Of a stretch of 64,000 nt of DNA, positions 50,366 through 63,490 are shown piece by piece. Source of the stretch: Marsupella aquatica (taxonomy: Eukaryota > Plantae > Marchantiophyta); the NCBI GenBank assembly GCA_973895155.1, contig OZ316898.1, forward strand, positions 8,605,079 to 8,669,078, read 5' to 3'. The notes under the pieces were generated by a model. It was not told where the DNA came from. It searched no databases and saw nothing but the letters and a program-made list of their open reading frames with translations. The position numbers and the translations under genes are program-made. The number at the start of each line of letters is the position of its first letter. Within the stretch, counting starts at the first letter, position 1.

Positions 50366-51703
50366 TATGTCATATGGCCGCCAAGCAATTAAGGAGTCTG
50401 TAGGGTAACTGGGTTTTCAAGGAGTGTGTGAACTGCCGGGGAGAGTGGCAGGTTAAACACGTTAAAAAAGGTGTACAATGACACAGTAGGTCAATCTCAT
50501 GGCTAGGAAAAACTGGCACCTTAATGGAAAGGCCATGAGGGTTTTGGCTAGAGTGAAATGAAACAAATCATAAAAAAGAAATCAAAAGTGAGATTACATA
50601 TTATAGTATTTAGATTTAGTTTTTGCACTCCTTACTACTATCCAGTTTGGGGGTTCAAATTTTGGCGCTGGTGTCCACTTTTGTAATTACTTATTATTAT
50701 GTAGACTAACCAAATGACTACTACGGTATACGTCTCCGATTGTGATTCTTCAGAAGGAGGGTGTGACATTTCAGGGACAGCTTTTCGAAGTCTTTGTCCT
50801 CGTAATAATGTCGAGGGCCTGATCTGATCTGAGAGCATCGTCGGACTGGGCTGGCGGGGACTCCGTGAAGGTCACAGCAATGGCGATGGCTGGGCCGGAT
50901 ACAAAATTGAATTGTCATGGTCGCGAATGAACTCGACAGGGAGGGAATTTATGGCACAAGACGTGATGCTCATGTTGCGGTTTCCTCTCATTCTATTTCT
51001 ATTTCTATTTCTATTTCTGTCCGTATATGAATCTCTACAGTCCGATCCCTTCTGTACCAACAAACAAGCTGCAGTCGTCTCGCTAGCTCGCTCGCCTCCT
51101 GGCGCATGGGCAGCAGCAGCAGGAGCTGCAAGTCAGAGCAAATTCATTGACGATCGAGCAGCAGCTAGAGACGACCTCAGAATAAGATTGCAGAAAGTGG
51201 TCCACCGGTCCAGAGCTGCTGGCTGGCTCCACTAGTCCACTCCATCCAGTCACCTGAACTTGTCGAGAGATGGAAAGAAACCCGTGAACTACTTTTGCAT
51301 GTGTCCTGCTCTAATGCAGGCGCATTTCTCTCCTCTTGTTTGACTACGAGTTGAAGCTTCGTTGTCACTGACTCCTAACTGACCTTGCTTCTGTACAGTA
51401 GTTGCTAGCTATGTGTCTTGACTTATCAGATTGTTCGATGTCTCTCACAGTCAGGTAGTACTACCCATCGCCTGATCGCCCCCACTCTAGTACTCTCCCT
51501 CGCTCTGTACATGCATCACGTACTGCCTAGCTACTGACCACGGCCCCGCTCGCTTGCTCGCTCATCACATTTTTCCCGGTTGACCCAGAACAGCAGCTCT
51601 GAGCGAGCTCTCCGTGACATTGGACTTTGATCGAGGTCTCCTCCAGTTTTCGTCGGCTCCGGATCGAGCTTCTTGTTCTTGTTGAATTGTTGGTACGACG
51701 TAT

Positions 51704-51806
51704 CCGGAAAAAGGATCGGTGACACGGGATGGGAGAAGTGCGTTTGTACCGTGGTCCATGATTTACGCTTCCTTCGATCCCGTATCGCCGTGACCGATTC
51801 TTTCCG
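51704..51806 (+). ncRNA. Candidate miRNA-like hairpin
   Basis: CGGTGACACGGGATGGGAGAAGTG (51717-51740) pairs with CGCTTCCTTCGATCCCGTATCGCCG (51766-51790), giving about 22 pairs including G:U. The flanks can extend the stem. No known miRNA recognised. Confidence 0.35.
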
Positions 51807-51941
51807 AGTAGAAGGACGAATTGAGCGCACCGAATGAGGAGTGTGGACAATTTGGACAGGGCTTTGAGTACTCCCATCCCGGCTTGCCCCTAAAATGTCC
51901 AAAGCTGTGCTGGTGTCAAGGAAGGATTGTTGTGTGTCCAG

Positions 51942-52415
51942 TAGTGCGTCTCAAATATCTTAAGGGCGTCTCAAATATCTTAATTTTGCAAGCGGGACCA
52001 CCCCCAAGACTGTCCCGGGTCGGGCACCAATGTCCCGCCTGACCAGTCATGCCTGGGATTTAGTGACCCATAGGGAGGGCCAGCAAAAATGTGCAGACTA
52101 CCTTGCAACGCCATGCTTTGTCCCCCAAGGTTGAAAGTCGAAGGTCAGGCTTACTAGTGTTTGATGCAAGCGCTGCGACCCCAGTCAATGTTGACTACCA
52201 CCAAATAAATGGCCCGGGTGTACCCACTTTTGAGTTTTTCTCATATTTGAGACGCCCTAGTGGTATCGCAGTAGCTTATGAGTGTTCGATGCGAGCGCTG
52301 CGACCCCAGTCAATGTTGACTACCCCCAAATAAATGGCCCGGGTGTACCCACTTTTGGTGCGCCCGAGGACTTTGCAGGCCACTTTTGAGTTTTTCTCAT
52401 ATTTGAGACGCCCTA
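51942..52415. mobile_element. MITE-like element with duplicated termini
   Basis: GCGTCTCAAATAT termini at 51942 and 51961; complementary ATATTTGAGACGCCCTA ending at 52259 and 52415; the internal 3' part is also duplicated. Confidence 0.7.
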
Positions 52416-52479
52416 GTGGTATCGCAGTAGAACAGCCTGCAGGTCACCCATGGGATAACTGGTGCACTGCCTAACTGTG

Positions 52480-52577
52480 GCTTTGGATGTGGGCATTCTC
52501 CACAATCAAGACACGATTCAGCAGAGCCACGAGCTTTGGATGTGGGCATTCTCCACAATCAAGACACGATTCAGCAG
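52480..52577. repeat. About 52-bp direct repeat (two copies)
   Basis: GCTTTGGATGTGGGCATTCTCCACAATCAAGACACGATTCAGCAG occurs twice. Confidence 0.95.
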
Positions 52578-54103
52578 CCAAATTTTTGAAGCTGCTATAT
52601 AGTGAATGCACATTTCAGATTTTGTGTCATGTATTTTCATTTCAATCTGCCTTATCGAGGGGCAGCCTTTGTATTCTATACATTTTTAATTAATTTTTAG
52701 ACCCTTTTAGTTTTAGGTATTCTAGAGTGTTTTGAACTTATTTTGGCAGCCCCCTTTCACAGTATGTGTTTACTTAGAGATGAAACCAAAGGCTCCACCA
52801 CCACGAGTGAGAGAAATGATTCTGAAGAACATGAATGCATAGCCTCTTAAGTTCTCCTCATGTTTTTCTTTCCTAGGTTTATGGTTTTTATTGAAAGGAG
52901 TGTCATTCATAAGGCACCCTGAGTTAAGTGCACACATCGTAGCATCTTTTGATTGTACCTTTTCTTGGTCACCATGCTTTTCTTGGCAGACACTTTACTT
53001 ATATTGCACTTCTATGCTCTCATATTTTATTTACTTTCAGATCACTACAAGACAAAAAATAAAACATGTTCCAGGATGAGCATGCTATATCAGCAGAGCC
53101 ATGTTCTGAACTAATTGTAAAGTGAAGTGGAGTGGAGTAGTTTTGCAGAAAAGCCAAGCTCCAGCTAGCATAATCCCTCCTCCCTTTGTTCTATTGTAGT
53201 CCCAAGCCTTAACCCCCTTGCAAGGCTAGCTTGAGGGTTCCAAGTCTCATAATCCCCAGTCAGCTTTGAAGAGACTCACAATTTAAAGTTTTAATGTGGG
53301 AAAAGGAGCTTGCTAACCCGTCAAGTGTCTCAATCACTATGTGGAGCTTGCCGCCCCCCCCCCCCCCCCATCAAGTCCAACATTTTCAAGGCCTTGACAC
53401 TATAAAACTTTTTTAAAATGAAATTGTTTGCCCCTCTAAATTTGGAACATTCTTAGAAAATCCCACAAATTCTTGTTTAACAAGCCCCCTTTTCTTACAA
53501 GTCTCAAACGTGGATGGAAATGATATTAGTCTCCTTTACAAATTGTTCAATGAATCTAAGTTGTTCCTTAGACCTATAAATAACCATTCACTTTGTTAAA
53601 TGTGATGTGCTATTTTTTAGTAAATGAGACCCCACAGGCTAACTCATGGTCTCTTTGGGGGGCCATAATTGTATGCCCCTAAGGGACTACAGTCGATAAC
53701 CTCCTGTAGGCCACAGCTTATCCCAGGTACCAATCGAGGGTGGGTAGAGGGCACCGTATTCTGACTAAAGTCTTAATTATGAGGCATAATAGTTCTTGGA
53801 TTCAAATGTTGTGATTGACTATTCCCTCTGGGGTTTCACATATTTCCTCTTTTAAAAAAGACCCTTATGTGACCAAAGCTTTGGTCACAAACCTTGTATC
53901 AAAGAAACTGAGTATGCATAATTTCTGAGTGAAGATTCACTATAAACCAAATGAAGCAGTTTTGAGGGGAAGCCAAAATCCGGGGCGTGTGGCTAAGGCT
54001 AGGTGTGTTTTACTTTAATTCATCTTGTATGACCAAAGCTTTGGTCACAGTCCTCATATTGAAAGAGAATGAATTTCACTGACCCACTAGATAAACACCC
54101 TAA

Positions 54104-54260
54104 ATTTGGCGCCTCATTCAGCACTGTTTCTTCACTAACCAGAGCGGCCGGAAATGGGTGTCAGTGATGGATTGTGCCAAAGGTGCAAGGACCAGATCGA
54201 GACCACGGAACACCTGTTCTTTAGCTGCAGACATGTGCAGCATAGATGGCATCTACTGCC
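54104..54260 (+). mobile_element. LINE ORF2 fragment (zf-RVT CCHC zinc-finger region), frameshifted
   Basis: IWRLIQHCFFTN / MGVSDGLCQRCKDQIETTEHLFFSCRHVQHRW matches the C-x2-C...E-T-x2-H-L-F-F-x-C...W motif of L1/Tx1-type retrotransposons. Confidence 0.8.
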
Positions 54261-55375
54261 CACCCTTTTTCCAAACAAAAAACAAACAAACAGAACACCA
54301 AAGCCAAAGTAGTGACTAGTTTATTGAGCCCAACTTTAAGCTTACTGGGCTACCAATTCTGGCCCTTAGACATATTTTACCCTTTCTTGTGAGTGGGAAT
54401 TTTAATTTTTCATTACCGAAACAAACCAAATTTTATGTTAGACTGGACTTAATACATGGTATATTGCATTCGGATGGACCATATATAATGACCTAAGAGC
54501 CAGCAAAAGTTTGGGACTAGTATCTTTGGCCGCTGGGTTCCATAAGATTCGGGATAAGATTGGGTGGTCCACAATCAATAAAGTACAACAACGTGATAGT
54601 GTCTGCTGTATCTTGAGTGTATGAAGGTCTGCTATGTGCCTTTCCACATTTGTGGATGGATGTCAATTATACCTTTATGTCATAGTATGTCCAGTTATTG
54701 TGTACAAGTCTAGCCAATTGATATATTAGTGCTGCACACAAACTATGTAGAAATAAAGAGAGACCACAAGAGCTTGACTGTGCCTAGTGCACCAACTAGT
54801 TAGGCTCTATACCATCGTGGTTGGCTTGCCATGGTCTCACCCCTCTCAACATCTTGCCATGGCCATATCTTGTTTGTACCAGCTCATGCCTATTGCAATG
54901 CAGTACCTTCTCCAAATCTCCCAGAACATGGTGTTTGATGCCGTGGTACTAGCTTAACTTGAAATGTTTCTTTCGTCCATATAGGACTCTTCTAATAGGT
55001 ACACCACTGACCTAGTATAAATCATGCTCTCTATTCACCTCTCTCAGATCTTTCTTCTAGCTTCTAGCAATTGTGTCTGCTTTTGGCTCTCACTCACCCC
55101 CTCTTGTTTGTTCCTTCCTTTTGTAGTCACTTTTGTGGTGCTTTGTCTCTGAATAAACACAGCAATATTTTCAATTAAAGCAACAAAAAAATTGTTTCTG
55201 CTCTCCATGATTTTTTGATTCTTGTAATACGTACATCATCTACCAAGTATTCACATTCTCTACATGCATAACACATATACCTGGTCTCAAATTTTCCTCT
55301 AGCAATTTATTGTGATTGATTTTTGCTTTTCCTCCATTAAGAGTGGTCACCTCATCCTGTTCCATCCTTTGGTAA

Positions 55376-56859
55376 TATTTACGGACCCCCATTAGGAGTC
55401 TCTTGCAAATTCTCTGCCATGAGGTTGTGCCACATCACCACAACCAGCTACAAACAAGAATGATCATACTTTTAACAATAACAAACATGCACATTCCTGT
55501 TTGTGGCAAAAGCAACGTAATTTTTGGGGCGCCATGCCGTAAATATTAAACGTAAAAAAACCAAAATACAAAGGAAGAGATGTGATTTAGTAAAACAAAG
55601 TTACCATTTTGATGTTTGTCAAAAATATATCAGTGTTTTATATCAAATGCTTGTATTTTTTAATTGTTTGCAAGTTTGAAAAAAGCAATCGATAGATTGA
55701 AATGTACATAGTTAAAACCCCTTTTGCTTCACATTGTAAAACTAAATAATAAATCTCCTTAGTACTTGATAAAATCTGCCAATGTTTGATTCATTGGAAA
55801 ACTCAAGATCAAGATTTAGAAACTCGTGACCTCTTTAGTAAATCTCTCAATGTCACACTCATTGGAAAGCTAGAGTAAAATTAAAAACTCATCATCTAAT
55901 TAGTACTTGATAAAATCTATGAATGTTAGTTTCATTGGAAAGCTAGAGAAATTTAGATACTCATGATCTCTCTATTTCTTGACAAATAATCTCAATGTCA
56001 CACATTAGAAAGCTAAAGAGATTGAAAACCTCTTGATCTCTTGAGTACTGTGACAAAATCTGACATGAAATTTGTCAATGTCGGACTCAATGTTGGAAAG
56101 CTAAAAGAATTCATGAACTCATGATGAAAATTTCTTATACTCACACTCATTGGAAAGGCAAAGAAATTCAAAAACTCATATAGAACTTGACAAAATTTGT
56201 CAATTTGAGGCTCGTTGGAAACCCTTTCTCGATTAAGAGATATCACAATCTCGTCACCGTCACAAACTTAGCCGCTACAAATTGATTTCTTTGATTACGT
56301 TGTCATCGCTTGTCCACAATGCTTGCTTCCTAGCTTGAATTGTTTGCATCTCTTAGATAGTCTTCAACTAAAGCTCACTCTGAACACAGGTTGATGCCAA
56401 ATGCAGCCTCTATGTCAAAGAAACAATTGTTGGTCTTCCCCTCACACCATAGCTTTCTAAATAAAAATAACTACAAATCCTTTGTGTGAAGTGATGGCTC
56501 GTTCATTTTGTGTGTTCTTCCCACCGAATCGACAAGCGCTCTTTTGCCAACAACTGAGTGTTGTGCTCCAGTCTGTCTTGTGGCGGTAATGCTCAATGTA
56601 ACTCACAAACAATCAATCAAGAATGGTTGAAAAATGATTTCTCCAATGTGTAAGCAAAATCTATCAAAAAACTCAATTCCTCCACATTCAACCTTCTGTT
56701 TGATAAATCTTTATCTTTTGAGCATTTTTTTTTGTACGAGCACACACGTACCAACACCATCGGGAGACTCAAAACCGTTGGTTATCGCCTTGATGAAAAT
56801 TTATTTCACTTAATCACACACACATTCCTTGGATGAACATGGGGGTCCACGGATTAATT
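55376..56859 (+). mobile_element. Non-autonomous element bounded by TA(A/T)TT, copy C
   Basis: Starts TATTTACGGACCCCC...GTGCCACATCA and ends GGGGGTCCACGGATTAATT, with internal degenerate CATTGGAAAG repeats. Confidence 0.7.
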
Positions 56860-59800
56860 CTAGCCTTTTGTCTTTGAATAAAAGACCTCTTGCATAGAAG
56901 AAATTAATCTTTTATTATCTCGGCCGTTGTTACAGGTACATCTTTGACCTGGCATTTCTTGTTTCAGGTATATGTCTAGGGACTATTGCATTCGGGCATG
57001 CCCTGCACAAAAGTTTAATATTTTCTGCTTCCCAATTATAATACCATATTGTCTAGATCAAGTTATTTTACTTTAATGTGTACACTGTAAATCAGTCTTT
57101 TACACCAAAAAAAATTAGATGTTCCTAAATTTCCGAAGTTTCACAAAGACTACCTAAAATGATAAGGCACTGAAAATTTCAATCTATTTTTTATTTGTTG
57201 AGTGAGCCTGATACCAATCTGACTATACAGAACGGAACAATACATGTTGGCATTTCTGACAGCAAATATATTGTATCCAACGGATGATTGTTGAACCCTT
57301 TTGATGCAGAAAAGCTGAATTTGTTCAGTGGAAAGTGAGAGCACCCAGGAATCAAACTGATAAGGGGAGGGCCTGGACAAATCAACAACGGGGAGACTGC
57401 TCGTTGTACGTAGATATACATAATTATGTACCATACGTGATCAGGCCCGTGGATTGTGTCTCGGTGGGTCGGCGCTGCTCATAGCTTGCTTGCTGAATCT
57501 CTGAGCTCTGAGGTCTGAGTTCTGATCGAGCTCTGTCTGTCCACTCCCCAAAGGAAAGACCAAAAGCAACAAGGCACTCATGGCTTCCTACGATGCGCTC
57601 ATCACTAAGCAGGAGAGTGAGCTAGAATATTTCTTTCTTTCGGGGCAGTCTTGTAATGTAATCGATCAGAAAGGCTGGATGATCGAGTGACACGCGATGG
57701 AGGCAGTGGACGGTTGGCTTACTAGATCGATTTATTTTCTTTCTTCTGTCTGGGAAATATCCTGGGCGAATCCAGATTGTTCAATTGTTGTCCCTCCGAA
57801 ACAGGTTCTATGAGTGACTCAGTGACTGACTGACTGGCTCAGAAGCGCAGTGAGCCCAGGCTGGACGAAAAGCAGCAGTAGCCAGGGAAAGAGAAACGAA
57901 AAAGCAACACTGTACTTGCAACAGAAGGGCGTTAATTAAGCCCGCTTTCGGCACGGAAAGGGCTTTGGAATCCCAACAATAAAAACCAGAAACAGAAGCC
58001 ATTGTACGCGCGCACTCGTCGAATGAATGGAAGCACTCAACGAAGGAAGGAAGGAATGCGCACACACACAATACTTCAATTCAAGCGGGTACGCCGGTAC
58101 GTCGGCGATGCCTCGCCGAGCCGAGCCGGGCCTCGATGGTGTGTACTCGCGCTCGCACTGTCATAATTTAATGCCCTCCCGAATGTGCGATGTGGTGCTG
58201 TGCTGTTCAGTGGAGAGTGCGTGTTGCACCTCCTCCAGCAGGCAGGCAGGCGGACAGGCAGGCAATGAGGCGACCCATCCACACCACCTTTACGGTACTG
58301 CATGAATGTATGTAATTGCAAGTAAGCTATGGAATGATAACGAAGATCTTAGTTACGGACGGAACTGGCAATGGCTGGGCCTGGCATGGCCTGGCCCAGA
58401 GCTAGGGCTCTAGGACATTGAAGATCTTTACGGAACAGGGCCCAGTCCGCCAGAGCTCATTGAAGACCAGCGTTGACGAATTTTCCCTGTGAGCTCCACA
58501 TTTGTGCACGGTGGCGAAATTGCTGCGAAGCGGGGCTGACTGAGGATGGGAGTAAGCTCTCGATGGCGCCGTGAATTGGTAGAAAGCTCTGATCAATCCA
58601 TCCAGCCTTACTCCTCTCCCCGTACCGTCCTCCATGTAAATGCTCGTCCTGACAGCCCATTGACTTGCGAGGCTGTCATTCATGCGAACAAGTTTTGGCC
58701 CGGCGTCAAGTTGCTTGATGGCGGCACATGGTGGCATGGTCACTGCCGCACTCGTCACTTAGACGGGCGGGCGAGGCTCATCAATTAATTAAGCGCTTGT
58801 GCCAGTCCAGTCATTCTCTCTCGATCAGACAGTCTCTCGCTAATCATCACGGAGGGGAGGAATCTTGTTATTAAACATTCAGGCCCATGATGTGGGGCTC
58901 GACGCAGCTCTCTCTCGATCAATCAGTCGGGTCACCCTTCCCCCTCCCCACTCCAGCAGTACACAGTCCATACCTTGAGCATTCTGAATTTCTGAGCTAG
59001 CAGACATCCACAGTGGCATCAGAGAAGTGTTGCAGCAGTAGCAGCAGCGTCACGTCACGAGAATATGTATTGAATTGGATCCTGACATGTTCACTCAATT
59101 GTGGCTTCACCGTTAATCACTTCCAGCGCATTCATTCCCACCTTAGATCTCGTTTAATTACGAGTCGATAAGTCAATGACTGGACGAGTGAAGCATGGCC
59201 CTGCTCGTACTGTCGTCTCACATGTTCTGGAGTGGAGGGCTTTTCAAATTCTGTAGCGAGCGAAAGGCCAGCTGCATCGATGAACTACGTATAATTGTAT
59301 CAAAGAGCTAGATCGACGATTCATCGAGTTCAGCACGTCTAGACTCTTGAGCTCAGAAATTCGGTTTCATCATCGCATTAACTTCCTGGAACTCTACTGT
59401 AGTTTGGAATCAATTGTAGTTTGGAGTCAATTGGGGGAAGACTACTTTTGGGTTTAAATATTAGAGTTGTACTTAATGTGACCCAATCGTGGTGACTCAG
59501 CCCTTAGTAATGCATGCATCCATGGTGAGTGGAGAGATTCTAGAGGTCAGAAGAGAGTTGAACTAATCTAGATACCCAGCCAAATTTTTTTTGTATTTAA
59601 AAAATTAGTCAAGGTGGCACTCTACTCGTTTATGGGGAAAGGAAAGTTGGCAATTCCAATGCTTTGGGTTGCACCCAACTAGTTCATTGGCTATTCCCAA
59701 AGTTTAGTAGTGCACTCAGTTGGAGAATGGTAACTTGAACAGAGCTCCGCCAGCTCATTGTGAACCACTGGCAACTATGTATATTGCATGCTAATGAGTA

Positions 59801-62629
59801 GCAGGCGAACACTCCTCATCTTGCCTAGGGCTTGCTGGCAAATTGAATGATGTCAGCCCTTGATCCTGATGTGGCGAATGGCTGCCATTTAGCCCCAGTA
59901 TCATTATAGCCAGCCCCTTTCTAAGGTAACTTTTTGGAAAACTTTTGCCCACAAAACAATGGCCATAGATCCCAATGGACACTCAAACTGCCACAAGGGC
60001 TCTAGGATGTCTGTTGCTCTAAGTCACAAGTAGTTTTGCTTGTCGAGCAAAATGAGGAGAGCTATGTTAACTTGATGAAACTCCAAAATAAAACATGTTC
60101 CTTGATGGTCCAGGACACCGCGAGTGATCCAGACCATTGGTAGACCTTTAATTGAGGTACGCAAAATCTCATGGGGTCCATCAAGTAAGTAAACACTTTT
60201 AAATCTAAAGGTCCATTGAGTATATTGCTTGCCGAGTGAAGCAACTAAGATGAGACTACTTTTAGAATGAGGTAATTTTGAGTTCAAACTGCTGCTCAAT
60301 GATCTCAATTAGTGTATTCGAGTCAATCTGTATCCATGTGAGAATTTAAGGTTACTCTTTCTAGGGCATCTCACCTGGTTCTCCATTGTACATGTGCTTA
60401 TGATGGGCAAAAGTTTGTTGCTCACTTCTAGGCCGCATATCCGATTTGTGTGATTGATAAAAAGGGTTGGTAAGTTTATGTAATCGAGATTCCTCAGGTG
60501 CCTCAGTAAAGAGGTGAATTCATTTAAATGATTCTTCTGTTCTTCCTCCCTCCAAATAATGGAAATAGCCTAAGGATGCAACGGAGCCTACCCTTCACAA
60601 ATTGTTGAGTTATGCAAGATTTCTCTAATGAAACCAATTCCATTCTATGTCCCATTAAGCATCAAAGAAGCCAAATCCCAATCAAGTTAGTCATTGTGAG
60701 GGTTATGTGCTCTTTGTGTCTCATTGTGAGAGCACTGTTGTTTTGGTGCACTGCCACCTTTTCTACCAAAAATAGTTGAAAGAATTTAAGCAAGTGGCCT
60801 CACAATGACCTATGTCTCCTCCATGAAACTAACCCAAGTTAGTGGGACAAGGTATAGGCACACATGCTTCAGTAGGCTCTTTGGGTTGGGGGCAATTGGT
60901 TTATTGAAGTGTCAATTTGTTACCCTATCCAAAGAATTCACCTAGTCGTCGCACAAGATATTAGCAGGTGAGATAGGTACAGCCCAAATTTTTTCTTTTG
61001 GAGGCCACTGTCTTGTTCATCTGATATGCGCCTCATACAAATCTAATTTATGAATTCCTACTTTGATTTATTTCTAAATCTTGAGCGCCCCATAGAACTG
61101 AAATCTACCTATGGGGATTTTAAGTCTAGATTCACTAACTCAATACAAATTCATATATATTTAATATTTTCCAAGATAAAATTAAACAAAGTGATATTTT
61201 GTCGTTTAGGGACCTTATACCCAAGTTGTGGGTTGAAAGAGACACTAACCAGGGACAGTGACATTACACCTATTGACGTGGTCCCTACGTCAAACTGTCA
61301 ACGGACCGTAGTAACATGTAACCACCGTCGACAGTAGAGACAACACCCCTGTAACGCATGTCAGAGGTAGTACGCAATCGTAGCCTTTCAAGAGGCCGCA
61401 GAACTCCGCATCGTAACCGTCAATCAGCAGGCACATGGTTTACCGAAAATCTAGCCTGTCCTCCTGCGTCCTGCGATTCGTGAATACTGTCGTGTAGCGT
61501 GTAGCGGTACCGGTACTTTCTGGCGGTGCTGCTAGAGTAGCAGCAGCTTCATGAACGTAGTGCCATCCAGGGTAAACTTTGTGTATTTTTGCCAGTGTGG
61601 CGAATCGATCCTTGTGCGAGGGAGGAGATCGAGAAATATCACTTATATTATATTATAGAAAATAAACGTTTTCATGATTTATCTTGATCTAACTAGATCT
61701 AAGAAGAACGTCAGATTGTGACTAATGATTCCTGCGGTTTGAGTGATTCCTGTCAAAACCCAGAAAAAGTGGCAAATTCAAACCAAAAGTGAATAATGAT
61801 TGAAGCTTGGCCAATCCTTGACCACTTAAAAATACATTGGTGCCACCCTGGTTTGCGCATGGCAAGAAAGACTACTTACATTTTATTCCGGGAAATAATG
61901 AAATGCAAAATTATTATCCTGCCGTATTAATTTTTGAAGCTTTTAAAATAAATTTTAGATTTTAATAATAGTGTTCTAAATGAAGATCACAACATTCTGA
62001 CATTGTGAATAGTTACTCACAAAATGTTTTGTGCAAGGTTCCAGGAGCGCTTTTTAATATTTTGCGCGAACTGGATTGGTCTGCGAACCCATCTGAATAG
62101 CAAAGAATAGCGTTGGTTTCTTTCTGACCGTGGATATGGAGTTTCCGGTAGTTAAGTCATCTTAATCCATGACTCGTGAGCATGATTAATCGCAGCCTCG
62201 TGGTAATCATGGTGGGTGGAAAAGTCTCCGTCAAATTAGCGGAGCAGCGTTTGTACTGTGGCTGTCGAAAATTTGGTAATGGTGACAACAGACTAGTCTA
62301 CTGCTTTGACGGTGAGATTGGGATTTGGGAAGATACCAACGCATGCATAATAATTACATACTCTATAGTCTATGCTATTGGTGATTGTCCATGACATGAG
62401 TCCTTCGTCGTTTGGTTGCTCCATCTGGAATGATTGTCGCCCATTGTTGTTTTGGGGAATTGGGAACTAGGAGCTAGCCCATTGTTGTTTTTGGGGAATT
62501 GAGAATTGGGAGCTACTTGTGGTGCAAGCATGAATGATGAACGGATGTTTAAATAAAAATAGGTCTGCTATAATGATCAATGGATGTTGTAGAGTACAGT
62601 AGAGTATTTGTTTTGTACTTTCAAATTCC

Positions 62630-63490
62630 TCTACGTGTGTCCTCCGTTTCCTTAGGCGAATGTCACTGAGCTTGAAATTAAAATACTCGCCGTCAACTGC
62701 CGTTGAAAATCGGCCAACCCCTATTTCAAACTGGTCATCCTATGCTATGATGCAGGCTAAATTTTAAGGTTATCCCTTTTCTCGAGGGTGGCCAAGGTGA
62801 CATTGTGAGAAGGGGAAGATGCTAATTCACTATCTAATTTTCCTGCTTCATTGCTGACCATCAGATGTCCCTAGATTTTCAAGCATAACGATTGGCAATT
62901 GGGGTCTGCAGCTAGGTGGGAAACTGGGTAATAGAAGACACAAATCTTAACTAATTTGATTTGCCAAGGGTGTAGAATACCTTTTCAGTAAGGTGGAATT
63001 TGGGAAAACAAATCTCGCTTCTATGGCCACCTCATGAGGGGAATGTCATTGAGATTAGAGTTAAAGTAGTCATCGAACTTTCATAATACAAATAGGCAAG
63101 CACCTTAAACACTACAGTGCCTCTCCTCCAGCTTCATCAGGCGAATGTCACTGTGCACTGAACTAAACTAACTGTCAATTGCCGTTGAAAAATAGTCCAA
63201 TCACTATCAACTTGGTCATCCTCTAGGATTGTCACTTCATCAGCCAAATGTCACTGAACTCGTTAAACATTCATGATAGAAATAGTGCCACAGACTACAG
63301 TCCCCCCTCGTTCCTGTTCATCAGGCGAGTGTTCCTGATTTGGAGTAAAAACACTCACCAATATTTCACTTCAAAGTAGGTGATGGGTAAGAATGACCTA
63401 TGCTGTCAATTACAAATTATAGGTATTGACCTACAGTCGCCCGTTTCAAACTCTACTTTGCTCCACTTTACAAGGCGAATGTCACTGACG
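62630..63490. repeat. Degenerate repeat cluster with a recurring AGGCGAATGTCACTG motif
   Basis: The motif recurs at about 62654, 63139, 63323 and 63473, each time preceded by CTAC(A)GT; TGCCGTTGAAAA...TGGTCATCCT is also repeated. Confidence 0.6.

Noticed and set aside
50912-51235. ORF with an apparent hydrophobic segment (LILFLFLFLFL)
   Set aside because: The hydrophobic run comes from a (CTATTT)n microsatellite.
58540-58620. Possible hairpin GGAGTAAG / CTTACTCC
   Set aside because: The stem is short and interrupted, so it is not miRNA-precursor-like.
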